Shown piece by piece: positions 41,525 to 53,614 of a DNA stretch of 64,000 nucleotides (position 1 is its first letter; each line of letters starts with the position of its first letter). Source of the DNA: Vicugna vicugna (lineage: Eukaryota); contig MU058793.1 of the NCBI GenBank assembly GCA_013265495.1, positions 436,001-500,000 of the forward strand, written 5' to 3'. Position numbers and translations under genes: made by a program. The notes under the pieces are model-generated. The model searched no databases. It saw only the letters and a list, made by a program, of their open reading frames with translations, and was not told the origin of the DNA.

Positions 41525-41880
41525 TATGTCCATTTATGCAACAAACGCCACATTTGTTACTCCATGCCAGGCACTACTCCATGTGCCTAAGATGCAGCTA
41601 GCAAGGTCCCTGCCCCTGACAAGTGGGGACAGACAAAGATAGATGACAATAAATAAGAATTTCAGATGAAGAAAGGAAAATAAGATTATGTTACTTAAAA
41701 TGACTTGTGGGAAGGATACTTTCGAGAGGAGGAATGGGAAAGGGTTCTGGGAGGAGGTGACATGTTGTGCTAAGAAGTAAACAATGAGATGGAGCCAGCC
41801 TTACCAAAAGCTGGGGAAAGATCCTTTACAGAAGAGCAAGTGGAAAAGCTCTGAGTTAGGAATGCACCTGGCATGAGGAT
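41525..41880 (-). mobile_element. L2 3' fragment
   Basis: catttatgcaacaaac...ccatgccaggcact...aaggtccctgccc...gggaggaggtgacat...ggagccagcctt. Confidence 0.7.
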
Positions 41881-42146
41881 GGAAGGAAGGAACGAAGAGA
41901 AGAGAAAAGAAAAAGAAAAAGAGACAAAGACAGAAGAAAAGAAAAGAAAAAAAAACTAAGGTGGCTTAAGCAAAGGGAATGCCAGGGAGTTCTACAACCT
42001 GAGCTTGGACAGGAAGGAGAGGTGTGAGCAAGTTTAGCAAAAACAATAAAGAACACCACCCATAACATTCAATAGTAGGTCGATTTTTCATTTTGCAATT
42101 CCAAAAACCGTGTATGTACATAATGCCACAACCACGTGGTACTAAC

Positions 42147-42375
42147 AACTCCACATGACTGGTTTTGAGCAAGATCCCAACTGGTACTTAACCGCTAAAC
42201 CACTCAGAGCACCCTTCGCTCATCTTTGGAACAGCCATTCAAAAACAAGGAAAACAGGTGTTGTGTTCTCAATACGGCTGTAAAAGCTGAGATGAGACCA
42301 GTACTCACGAGTTCAACAGCACCAGAAATAGGCTTGCGAAGACTGTGGGGGGTGAACACAGGGGAAGACCAACAG
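42147..42375 (+). repeat. Local direct duplication, copy 1 (GC-rich copy)
   Basis: Aligns by eye to 43597-43832 at about 90% identity, offset 1450 bp. Confidence 0.95.
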
Positions 42376-43411
42376 CAGTGGATCACAAGGGAAGAATGGC
42401 TACAGTCCACAGAGCCAGCAACCGATCCTTTTGGTTGGGGAGGGGATGGAATTTAAGAAAAAAGAGGTAGAGACACCAACATAAAAGGCGGACTAAACCA
42501 CAGCCTTACCCAAAGTGCACTGTGATGGATATATGCTGTAGGAAAGCCAACTGGGTGTCCATTTTCACTGCTGCCAACTGAGAGCCATCACTGCCAGTAG
42601 CGCCATCTTCCAAACAATCGGAAATACAAGGTTGCCTGTGGTTCTAGAGACATTTTGTGTTCTGATACCTGAAGATGTATGGTATTTTCATCACAAAGGT
42701 GATATAAGTAACCACTTCCTCTTGGTATATTCAATGTACAGAGATACCCAGGACCAGAAACATATGTCGCCAACATTCATACAGTTAGATTTGTTACAAG
42801 GGTAAAGGCATGAATGAAAATTACAAAAGCCTAGATGAGAGAAAAATTGAGAATACACTGGCAACAATTTCTCTCATATTAAAATGAGATTAAAAAAAAT
42901 GCAGAGATCCTAGCAGCGTACCTTGGGTCCTACAAGGGCTCAATAAATGTTGGTTTCCTCTCCAGAATAAAAGTGACATGATTTTCCTGTGTTGCTTCTA
43001 TTCCAGTTCTAAAACTAAAATTCTACTGAGTAAAAGCAGAGTGACCTAGAATTGGGATGGAAAGGCCAATCTAAAATTGAAAAATCTAAAATGGAGAACT
43101 TTTAAAATAAGTATTAGTTCATTACTTACAAAATACTTAAAAAGAGGGCAGTGAATTCACATGTATCTTTTTACATGCTTTACATACATTAAGCCTTACA
43201 ATGGTCCTGGGGTAGGTATTACTATCTCATTATTTCTGAAGAAATCATGGTTCAGAGACATTAAATAATATAAAAGGGGCAAAGCTAATAAGTGGTAATT
43301 GTGGGAGAGTTATTAGGCTCCAAACCCCTGTTTTTCCATGATATCAGACTGCCTCTCAAATATACAAGTTTAGGAAATTCCAAATTATTGGGGTCTAAAG
43401 AGATATCTTTT

Positions 43412-43510
43412 GGGGGAGGGTATAGCTCCATGGTAGAGTGAATTCTTAGCATGCACAAAGTCCTGGGTTCAATCCCCAGTACCTCCATTAAAAATAAAAT
43501 AAAATGAATA
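43412..43510 (+). mobile_element. tRNA-derived camelid SINE (vic-1-like)
   Basis: gggggagggtatagctccatggtagagtg...gcatgcacaaagtcctgggttcaatccccagtacctcca plus an A-rich tail; Pol III A-box-like and B-box (GGTTCAATCCC) motifs. Confidence 0.85.
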
Positions 43511-43596
43511 CTTTTTTAAATTTAACATTGTATGTCTTCCCTTCTGTTTCTGGGTAATGTTTCAGCCATAATTCAAGAGCCAATGCTTAGAAACTT

Positions 43597-43832
43597 AACT
43601 CCACATGACTGGTTTTGAGCAAGATCCCAACTGGTACTTAACCACTAAACCACTCAGAACACCTTTCATTCATCTTTGGAACAGCCATTTAAAAACAAGA
43701 AAAATAGGTGTTGTGTTCTCAATATGGTTGTAAAAGCTGAGATGAGAACAGCACTCACTATTTCAACAGCACCAGAAATAGAAGGCTTGCAAAGACTATG
43801 AGAGGGTGAATACAGTGGAATAAGACCAATAG
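43597..43832 (+). repeat. Local direct duplication, copy 2 (AT-rich copy)
   Basis: Aligns by eye to 42147-42375; the first ~47 bp are identical. Confidence 0.95.
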
Positions 43833-45629
43833 GTTGAGAATCTAAGAAGAAGTACTTATACAGAAGACAGGAATTACCTTGGAGGAGGAGCCAAGCCCCA
43901 GAAGAAGAGAAAGCACATATAACTTTATAAAAGAGCTACCTTTATAACAGGACCCAAGAGAATACAAGTCCCACAAGAGCAGAGCTCCGGCCTGTCTTGT
44001 TTTGTCACGCAGTAGGGACTCAATAGATCATTGCTGAATGAGTAAATGAAGCAAATGGATAACTTAAAAGCATAGCTATAAAGAGTTTACAAAAAAAAAA
44101 AAGAAAAAAAAAGTTATGTGGGGAGAGGTATGCCTGTGCCCTGTCCTTGGTCCTGAATGATTGTGTTTGGCTAGATATGGCAGTTTCCTAATCTCAGTTC
44201 GCTGGTATTCAAATTCTACTAGTTTTTCTTTGTTCAAATTTTCATCTTTATGAAATTTAAAAAGAAAAGAGTCTGATTTTTTGAGCTGGAGAACAAATCA
44301 TTTCATGACTTCTGTTCTGAGTTGCCACAGATGACTGCGTGTACTTTCAACAGTTCTACCAAGCTTGACATACATTTTCCCTACCCGCCTTGGGAAGTTA
44401 GACATTATGTGTTTCTCATCCTCCCTTGATGTTATACTTTAGCTTAAAAATAACAGTCATTATCACTCAATTATTCAGTGATCAAGTGTAACACCAGGTG
44501 CAAACAAAAGTTCTAACAGCACTAAAACATACTCTTGTTACTGCAAAGGATTTAAGAGCTTGGCATTTATGAAGCTAGTGATCACGTTACTCTCTAAATC
44601 TAAAGGAAGTAAAACAGAAGAAGCTGATCTTTTTTTTTCTTTTTGCCCTTTTAACATCCTGTTTCTTTTGCTAGCGATATTAAGGGTTATCGATAGCAAA
44701 ATATGTTACTCAGCTTTCAGTCTTCAACACTGTTCACACTGGTATAATCAAGATCTAGAAAGTTTCTTATTTTAATGATCTCTGCAGTCAATCTTCCGAA
44801 CGTGACTCTAAAATTTCAACAGCAGAATCACTTGGACTTTTCTCTTTTCTTTTCATTTATAATCCATGTGTGTGAAAATCTGAATACACACACCTATGCA
44901 CACGCACACACACACACATAAATTGAACACACACACATATTTTGTTAGAAAAGAAAAGAAATCCTCAGAACTGAAAAGTCATTTGAGCTCATTTGGTTCA
45001 AAGCCTTGGTATTACAGATGACCTCAAATGTAAAATAACCTTCAAACTTCACACAGATATCCAACATGGTCATGGATATGATACCTGAGAAAATCAGTCA
45101 GAGATCAACATGAACACATTCAGATTTTTAAATTATCTCATCTGATATTTCTAATCAATTTTCAAATTTCAGGAAAGAGGTCCACACAGCCCCGTGCATC
45201 TAACAAGATAAAAGAAAAATTACAATGTTTTCCTCATGTAGAAACAGATGTACAAAGGAAAAAATTTAATTGCAGGAGAAAGGGACCTGGATGCATCACT
45301 TATTGGCTTTTAGAAAAATCTGTCTCATTCATCAGCAACAATGAAGACGAAAAACTGGCAACAGAGCAAACTGTATTATTTTCTAAGTAACAAATAATTT
45401 GGGGCATTTGAAAGTCTTCTTCACTATAACTGATACAAAGGTTTTTACTCACATTTTTGACATTTCCTCTTTCTCATAATGTGGTTCAATGTTACCAAAA
45501 TGTAGGAAAAGATTGAAAAAAATGTATGCTAATTATAAATGCTTGCCAATATGGATACATCTAAACATTTACATACTTACTGGTTTAACCTAGTTCTCTT
45601 AAACACAAATGCACATCACAAACACCATG

Positions 45630-45812
45630 TAGACAGAGAGAAGATCAGCGGTTGGGGGCAAGTTGTGCAAAAGAGCACAAAGAAGGTTTTGGTGATGGAA
45701 ATGTTGTGTAATCACTGGGATGGTTGTTCACAACTGTATCTGTTTGTCAAAATTTAAACTGTACACTTAAAATTGGCAGATTTAATTGTATCTCAATAAA
45801 TCTGACAAAATA
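45630..45812 (+). mobile_element. Old L1M 3' end
   Basis: agatcagcggttggggg...ttttggtgatggaaatgttgtgt...gatggttgttcacaactgtat...aactgtacacttaaaattgg...tatctcaataaa. Confidence 0.75.
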
Positions 45813-48243
45813 AAACCCCAAACCTTAATGTAGCACGACAACCAAAGAATAATTTCTATAGAGTACCTACCATGTACACACAAATATTAATTATGACCCA
45901 ACGTAATACCACAAAGAACACATAGCGATTTTCCAATAAAATACACACACAGATTATACGTTGAGGAATAAGAAGTACAAAAATTAGGCTACACAATATT
46001 CACACAGAGCAGAAAATGGATTTCCTAAACCCTGCCCTGGCTATCTCTTATCAGTGCTCAGTCTAATTTAGGAGAGGTTGGGGGAACTTCGGGAGTGTCT
46101 TAACTCACTTCCTCTAGATTTCCTTGGACAGTTCAGTTTAGTCTCACTCGACACTCATGATTATTCTGACCAGGAAAGAAGAGTGGCCCACCTCTACCTA
46201 TGCCTCTGCCTCTATACTAGAAAGAATCCAAGACATTCAGATCCTGGGAGAAGGATGTAGTGGCAAGCCAGCGTGGTCTGCTGTGGCAAAGCCTCCTCTT
46301 GCCACACCAGTAGCGCCCTTCACCTTGGTGGTGCCCTAGCGAGCCGCCAAGAGTGTCTATAAATATAGAAGAGACGAGAAAAGCACTAATGATGATGAAT
46401 GTAACATAATTACATAATTTATGGAGGATAAAATATTGGAGCCACAAGAGCTCTGAAGGAACAGATAGGCTACATGTATCTTACCTGCAAGTTGAGTATT
46501 GAAATCCTAACTGTCCTCTGTAAGCACACCAAAAACAAACAAACAAAAAACCTAATAAATTGGGAATACTGCAATCTTTTCAATCAGATTAGACACACCA
46601 AGACCACTTTGAAAATATATAGAAAATTAGGAACCAAAGCAATTTTTAGAAAACATACACTACTGACTTGTGACAAAAGTTTCTACTTAGTCCATCTGTG
46701 ATCCTTCTCCTGAACCCCCAAGCAAAGGAGACACAGATTTCTGGTTCCAGAAAATGATTTGTTGCAAACCGTATAATGCATATGCTTTCAATTTCATTTA
46801 ATAAAAAGTAGGACGAAGTGAAAAACAGGTGCCTCTGCAGATGGAGTATGCTAAACACAGCTAACACCTCTGATAATGCTGAATCCCCCCTCCCTTTGGA
46901 ATTTAAAACATCCCTAAAAACCTGCATGTCAAGTATTACCAAATATTTAGAGTCTAAAAGGATGAGGTTTGTTATTTTGCACAGTAACGCATCTTCAAAT
47001 AATATTTCAGACCCATTTTGAAGAACTGCAATTGATATCTTTTCCATATATATTTAACCTCCTACAGATTTATTTGATTCTCAATAATTACTATTCTCTG
47101 GTAAAAGGCATATGTTATTACAGTACACTACGCTCCCACAAGCTGTCCATTCAGTGTATTTTAATAAATCTCTGCCAGAGCTGTATAAATTTGATCCTGT
47201 TTAAATTTAATAAGGATCAGAATATATCAAAGCACAAATACCCAAGGGAGAAATAGATATTTTGCATAGTTATTGAATGGCCTATTCAGGGATACAATAT
47301 GTAAGACCCAGACCATCAACCTTGAATTAAAAAGAGAGATTAATGTGCTCAAAGCCAGCTACTTGTTAAATAACATATGAAATTAGTATTTAATAAAACA
47401 TCTTCTCTCTATTGCTGCTAATAGTATCAGTCCTAATACAGCTTTAATATCAATATTCCCATACAGAATTCTAATATTTACAAGAATTGTCAGCAACATA
47501 TTTCTCAAATATCTACATTTACTTTGGTAAAACGCAATACTAGCAATACTGTATGGCACAGAGATGAGCACCTTATAGTAACTATAGGATCAGGGGCTTA
47601 CTGCCCATCTGAACAATATAAATAAAAAGAACAACTGCTTTAATTGACATATTTCTCACAGATTTCAAGCATGATGAACAATGCACTTCTTTCCCAAACA
47701 CTCTCTTCTATGGTAGGGTGTTTCGATTTGAATCATTTCAATGATCAGTAATATTCTGTGGTTGAGTAAATCATTTCAATTGTTTTTCTACCAAAATCTA
47801 CACTTGACTGTAAACACCAAAGACAATGACTAATGAGCCTGGATTTAGAACCTGGAAGAAGATACAGAAGGGCTACACGTCTGTTATCAGGCAATCCTTC
47901 CTCGCAGTGGGGATGATTAAGGGACAACTTACTGCCAAGAAGATCAAAGAGAAACAGGATCACTCAAGGCATGTAAAACCAACCTTTTCCAGCACCAAAT
48001 GTCCTTGGCAGATGGATAGGCTAAACTGTCTCGAGTTATCCACAAATATTTTGGAGGCTACAAATTGTTTAAAGCCCACGAAATCTACATTAGCTCATGC
48101 ACCTTATATTGAAATCTACACCTCCTTCTTCCCAAACACTTTCATCTTATTTAAACTAGAAACGTAAGGGTTAGTTTGTTCATCACACAAACTGATAAAA
48201 CACACTGTCAACTAGCCCTCTAAGATCCACTAGCCAACCTCAC

Positions 48244-48436
48244 CAGCAGGTTAGGTCTTTCCATGGGATAGGTGATTATCAGGAATCCAAGGCTCCTGTC
48301 AATGTGCCTGGCTCCTGAGCTAGGTTGCCCCCAATCCCTCCTCACTGTATGTTCTGTGAGCACCTGAGTCTTCCTACCACTTCTGTCTCTTCTGTCCCTT
48401 TGCTGAACTGGGTTGGGTGAAAGAAGTGAATCCCAG
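48244..48436 (-). other. TOX3: Candidate alternative TOX3 exon (193 nt), apparent orthologue of the human isoform-2-specific exon
   Basis: The minus frame encodes DWGQPSSGARHIDRSLGFLIITYPM (48336-48262), 12/25 identical to the recalled human isoform-2 N-terminus MKCQPRSGARRIEERLHYLITTYLK. The acceptor tccctttattttgctcag| has its AG at 48438-48437 and an upstream ctgAt branch-like motif. The donor CTG|GTGAGG has its GT at 48243-48242. Actual use of the exon cannot be shown from sequence. Confidence 0.65.
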
Positions 48437-49019
48437 CTGAGCAAAATAAAGGGATATGATAGTTGGGCAATCAGCCATTTTTCACACTGAGAAGACAAGC
48501 TTAAACACCAGACATCAGTTCTTACCAAGTAAGAAGTAGTAAATGACATATAAATACCATGCCCCAAGGGCCAATGGAAACTGGATTATGGATACAGATA
48601 TCCCATGTCAGATACGCTCAAACTCAAACATAAAAAGCAAATCCACAGGAGTAATTAGTGCATTAAAAAAAAAATCCTGAGATAGCATCTCTAAATCCAT
48701 TTAAAAACTGGCTCTTGGTTGAATGTCTACAGTTTTCCAATGAAAGTAATGTTGTTTATTATAACTTTCCTGAAAAGCTTTTATTGTAAAAGATCAGCAG
48801 GACTAGCACCTTATCTTATGCAAAATACAGTTATAACAAATAGAGATACAACCACTATCACTGTTTATAGCAACCCAAAGCTGAGGAACTCCATGAAGCC
48901 TTACGTTTGTTCTGCTCATGTTAATGCACTCACTTCAAATTACAGCTCCTCAACCTAGATCAGTGTCTGCCGGATTTCAATTATTTGTATACCACCTTTA
49001 CGAATTTTGCCATTTAAAG

Positions 49020-49366
49020 CAGATCCACATTCTTCCTTTTCCAAAATCTTGGGGCCAGATGGGTTTTACAGTCAAGAGTTATTAAGATTTAGAAAAGTAA
49101 TACAAAGCATATTCCATCTATGACATAATACCTCTAGTGGTCTAGGGCAGCACCCCATAATCAAATACATGAATATCTCCACAGCAGAAGTGTCTGAATA
49201 TTCACACACGGGGAGATAAATACAGAATAAAAACAGTCTTGCCTAAGTTCAGTTCAGGTTCTGTTGCAAATGTGTTGCCTTAAAACTTAAAAAAAAACAA
49301 AACTTTTTTTTTCAGAGCTTTTAGCTTTTAGAATTTGGGAATTACGGATAAGGTATTGTGGACTTT
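49020..49366. mobile_element. MER46C-like TcMar-Tigger DNA transposon
   Basis: TIR-like ends cagatccacattcttccttttccaaaatc and ggaattacggataaggtattgtggac. Internal ttggggccagatg and gggcagcaccccataatcaaa match the recalled consensus. Confidence 0.75.
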
Positions 49367-50231
49367 GATTTCTTCTTAGCTCAGCCCTTTGAATAAGAAC
49401 AGTGGTGCTTTCTTATTAACAAAAGGAAACTTTCTACCATAAGTGGAACATCAGTATTCTTTAGCACAAATAGAACATAACCACCAAAGTAATACAATGA
49501 AAGAAAAATAATCGATTTCATTCTAGCAGACTACTGGCTACAGAAGGTTTGTAACCAAGTCCCGTATTGCCTCCCTTCCTCCTCTTTCTGTCTCTCTCCC
49601 TGCTTTATCCCTCCTTCTCCTCCTCCCTCCGTCTTTGCCTCTCCCTCTTTCAATCTCTCTGTTAAAAAAAAAAAAAAGAGAGAGAGAGATTAGCCAGTAT
49701 TAGGTGTTAAAGACATCGTGGTACCAAACTGAGATTTTTCACACTGATGCAGTAAGACTGAAAGGGAAATGGAAAAGAAACCCTTTCTATGTAATTCAGT
49801 ACAGTTTAATGATATATCTTTGTAGCTAAAGATCAAATCACATCCTACCAATCGCAGGAGCTCACGATCACCAACCTCCCTCTAGTCTTGCACCAACTCC
49901 TCCCAGTGTTTGCTCCCATCTCTGGCCAGCCCTACCTTCTCTGTCAGATGTCTGGAAACACACAGAGGCCTTCAGGACACAGCTGAAAAGAAACTTAAGT
50001 TGTGTAAGACCACAAAGGTCCAGGAAGTGCTTCGTTTTAACATAAAACCCACTTTATACCTGTTAAATACGTTTTGTCTTTGTCTAGTGCTGCCTGTGTG
50101 GAAGACACTGTAGTCACCAGAGTACACAAGCGTGACTGCTGAGACCAACCATGTGTACACAACTCCAGTGGGTGCAAGGATATTCTCTCCGATGGTCCTG
50201 GTCCCTTCAGAGGCCTCAGGGTGGGTGACAG

Positions 50232-50416
50232 CAGTGGTGCCCAGACTGAGATCTTGAGACAGCAGCGTCGCATCACCTGGGAAACTTAGACATGTAAATT
50301 CTCTGGCCCCACCCCAGACCAACTGAATCAGAAACTCGGAATGTGGGACCCAGCAATCCGGATTTTAACAAGCCCTCCAGTCGATTCTGATGCTTATTAA
50401 AATCTGAGAAGCATGG
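50232..50416. mobile_element. MER5A hAT-Charlie DNA transposon
   Basis: gcatcacctgggaaacttaga...ggccccaccccagaccaactgaatcagaaactc...cccagcaatc...ttttaacaagccctccag...gattctgatgc. Confidence 0.88.
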
Positions 50417-50434
50417 GGGTAAGCAGCACAGTAA

Positions 50435-50620
50435 ACTGGCCTGCTGGGTTTGAATCCCAGATTTATCACCTCCCAGCTTGTGACCTTCAATGAGCTATTT
50501 AATCTAGCCATACCTCTATTTCCTTATCTGTAAATTGGGACCTTAATAGTATTTATTTTATTGAGTTGAGGATTAAATGTATTAACACATGTGGAATGCT
50601 TAGAATAGTTTTTGGAAATG
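50435..50620 (+). mobile_element. MIR SINE
   Basis: ctgggtttgaatcccag...tgtgacctt...tttccttatctgtaaattgggaccttaatagta...gaggattaaatg. Confidence 0.75.
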
Positions 50621-50792
50621 TGCCACAAATACTAATAACCCATGCAAACTACATAAAACCTTTGCTTACAACTAACAATGGTATTTCTTCTCTGCAAACA
50701 ATAAAGACATCTAATAACTATCTTTTTTAGTGCCTAAAATTAAGGTCCATAGGCCTTGTCTCCTAAAGAATTGGGAGCCCGAGTCTACTCCA

Positions 50793-51030
50793 GCAGAGGT
50801 TGCCAAGTGACAGCCCACAGGCCACAGGCAATCCTTAGACAGTTTCAAATTAGTTGCCAACACTTGAAAGGAAAAAATAAAAATCAAAGAATCAAAATTT
50901 CTAGATCCCCCTGAAAACTTTGGAGCTCAAACAACACTGGCCTATGGTTCCCTAGAGCCATGGTTGGCGCCAGAGTGGAGTTCCAGGCACGCCCTTTAGA
51001 GGGGCCTGTGTTCCGCTCACCAGGGTCCCT
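50793..51030. mobile_element. MER102-like hAT-Charlie fragment
   Basis: cagaggttgccaagtgacagccc...agttgccaaca...aatttctag...caacactggcc...gccctttagaggggc. Confidence 0.5.
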
Positions 51031-51151
51031 GGACACACACACAGCCAAGTTGGCTGCAGTCATGTATCATCCTCCTGGTGTCTGCGACTGGTGGGTTTGT
51101 GCGCCCTGACCTTCTGCAAACTCTAAGAGCTTCCAGCGTGTTTTCTGTGCA

Positions 51152-51258
51152 TAAGATGACCAACCGTCCCGGTCTACCCGAGACTGAGGGGGTTCTAGGA
51201 CATGGGTCTCTCATACTGAAATGAGTCCCAGGAAACCCAAGACAAGTTGGTCACCCTA
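51152..51258. mobile_element. MER81-like hAT-Blackjack MITE with an 8-bp TSD
   Basis: TIRs taagatgaccaac and gttggtcacccta. Flanks are tctgtgca (51144-51151) and tccgtgca (51259-51266). Confidence 0.85.
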
Positions 51259-51384
51259 TCCGTGCAGATAGCTTCCAATTCTATGTGCCAGCAGTCTATC
51301 CTGATACCCCGACCCCCATTCGCAACTACCATGGGGAATATTTCCCAGGCAAATCCCACTCCCCCCCCCAAAAAAAACACCACT

Positions 51385-51950
51385 TTCCTTCATTCCTTTG
51401 TGCATTCCACAAATGGATCGTGAATGTGTCTTCTAGAGCAGGCAATGGCGATAACACAATGAAGAAAGGAGAGAAAAATCTCTGTCCTCACAAGGTTCTG
51501 TCCTAGCACAGGGGAGACAGGAAGCCGGTAAAACAAATGCAGTGTGTGTTGTAAGACCAAGCGCATGGAGACAAATGAAGAGGGAAAGGGGGATGGAGAG
51601 TATCATGGCAAAGAGCAGAGGGTTCACAGAAGGTCACAATAGGGTGGTCATAAAGGTCTCCCTGAAAGGACATTTGAAAAAAGACCGAAGAAGATGAGGA
51701 AGTGAAACAAGAAAATGACTGAAGAAAGGGGGTTAGGGGCAGAGCGCAGGAAGGAAAGCAACAGCCCTGAGATGGGAAGGCGCCCGGAGCTTCCAAGCGC
51801 GGCAGGAGCAGAGTGAGCCTCGCCTGGGAGCTGAGGTCAAGGAGATCACGGCGGCCACCCAGTTACCGCTGTTCAGGCCTTCATGTGGACTTTGGCTTTT
51901 ACTGCGAATGAGTCAGAGAGTCACGGGAGAGTTCTGAGCAGCGGAGTTAA
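51385..51950 (-). mobile_element. L2 3' portion
   Basis: ttccttcattcc...aatctctgtcctcacaagg...aaggtctccctgaaaggacatttga...ggactttggcttttactg...gagagttctgagcag. Confidence 0.8.
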
Positions 51951-53584
51951 CAGGAGCACTAGGACCTCGCTCAATTATTTTTCTAGAACAGTCATCAACA
52001 TACAGTGGTTTTTTTCCTTCATATCCAAGTCAGTCAGTTCAAGGAAACTAGATTCCACTCCTATAATTTCAGCATCCTTCCCATTAAAGACAGGAACCCC
52101 ATTTAACATTGTGGGGTCCTCAGGCAACAAAGACTGACGTGGAATCGAACAGTGAAGATAAAGACTTAACCCAGTTCATCTACTGGGATTTCGGTCCTGC
52201 AGGCTAATAATACGCTATTGCACTAGAATATTTGTGTTTATGAAGATATTCTGATGTACAATACTTTTTCTTTTTCCGTTCATGAAATTTTCAACATAAA
52301 AGAACCGTGAATTCCTATTTTGAAATCCACTGTGCCATTTTTATTCTGCCTGTATTTTAATATAGCATCAATATTTAACTACTCATTAAGTGAAGTGTGA
52401 CTTTTATACTGAAAATGTCAGTCTTTGCAGTTCATTAAATTCATTTAAAGTATAGCTGCTTGAATTTTTTTTTCCTGGAAGAATAAAAGAACTATGGATT
52501 GAACGCATAAACTTTAAATTTAAGCATGTGTTTTCTTCAAAATTAACATTCAGGATCTGCAGCATTATTCATAAGACCGAGCGACTGTTTGCATCTTCCT
52601 GCATTTTACTTAGTGACTGTCGTCTTTATAGAGCACAGAGCTGTTTGTCACAGTTGGATATGACCAGCGGAATGTCACTGTGGACATTAAGATGTCATAA
52701 GCTATTATGAATCTCTGGAATTCTGCATGTAGTATTAAAAAAACATTATCTTGAACTATGGCATCAGAAAAAATACACCCTGGAAGATGTGAAGTTTAAT
52801 AACTCGCTGAATCCAATAGGCCCTAAGAGTGGGCTATTTCAGTTTTTAAAAATAATTCTGATAAGACCTTAGATTGCCTGAAAGAAGAGGCTGTATTAGA
52901 GATGGAATTTGAGAAGTGAATTCAAATGAATGTGTTAGATGTTTGTGATTCTTTCTTCCTAAAATGACTATGATCTACATGGACGGAGCCATATACGCAA
53001 ATGATTTCAAATCACCGTGTGTACGCGTACATGATGACAGTCTCTTCACGAGATATTATTAGAAGACTTCAGCACTTTCTGAACAAGACGTAAAGGAAAT
53101 GAACACCCCCGGGCCCTGCCTCTGCCCACAGATGGTGAAAAGGGACCAACACTCGTGACAAGAACCTGGCCACACCCCTCCATGGTCCTCCTCCCCAGGG
53201 CCACCCCTCACACCAGTCCCAGCCACCCTCCAAAAGAGAAATCTAAGCACCACCCTTGAAGAACATTTGAGCTTAAAAGCGCCTAAAAGATAAAGCCCAA
53301 ACTCTGAAGCATGCCAGGAGAAATCCTTCGAAATCCAGCCTGTGTCCTCCCTTCCAGATCTCCACTGAGAACCCCCATTTTCTGCCTCGTCATGACTCCA
53401 TGACTCTCTGTGATGCCGCCTCCTCCCCCCCCCAGCATGCCCACCCTGAAGCTCTTCTATGAAGGTAAAAATGCCCCCCAAAAGTTTCTTTCGCTAGAAT
53501 GATAATTATAAAAGAAAACTGCTCCTTTGTTCTATTCTGGATTCAAAAGTTTAAAAGGCATGACATTTGAAAAAAAAAAAAAAA

Positions 53585-53614
53585 NNNNNNNNNNNNNNNN
53601 NNNNNNNNNNNNNN
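53585..53614. other. Assembly gap (30 N)
   Basis: Run of N bases, flanked by a duplicated 144-bp segment. Confidence 0.99.

Noticed and set aside
42594..42610. CTCF-like motif around ccagtagcgccatctt (the 11-mer ccagtagcgcc recurs near 46307)
   Set aside because: It lacks the 5' CCAC/CCAG half of the CTCF core. It is at most an isolated YY1-like GCCATCTT, and an 11-mer recurrence is unremarkable in 64 kb.
43412..43487. Possible tRNA gene
   Set aside because: It has Pol III boxes, but I see no intact cloverleaf acceptor stem. It has an A-rich tail and a diverged second copy at 59 kb, so it is a SINE.
48437..48567. Upstream extension of the 115-aa ORF (TTG at 48567, in-frame ATG at 48549) as a long coding first exon
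   Set aside because: It runs through a polypyrimidine tract and acceptor, shows no similarity to known TOX3 sequence, and has no promoter-like context. Intron is the simpler reading.
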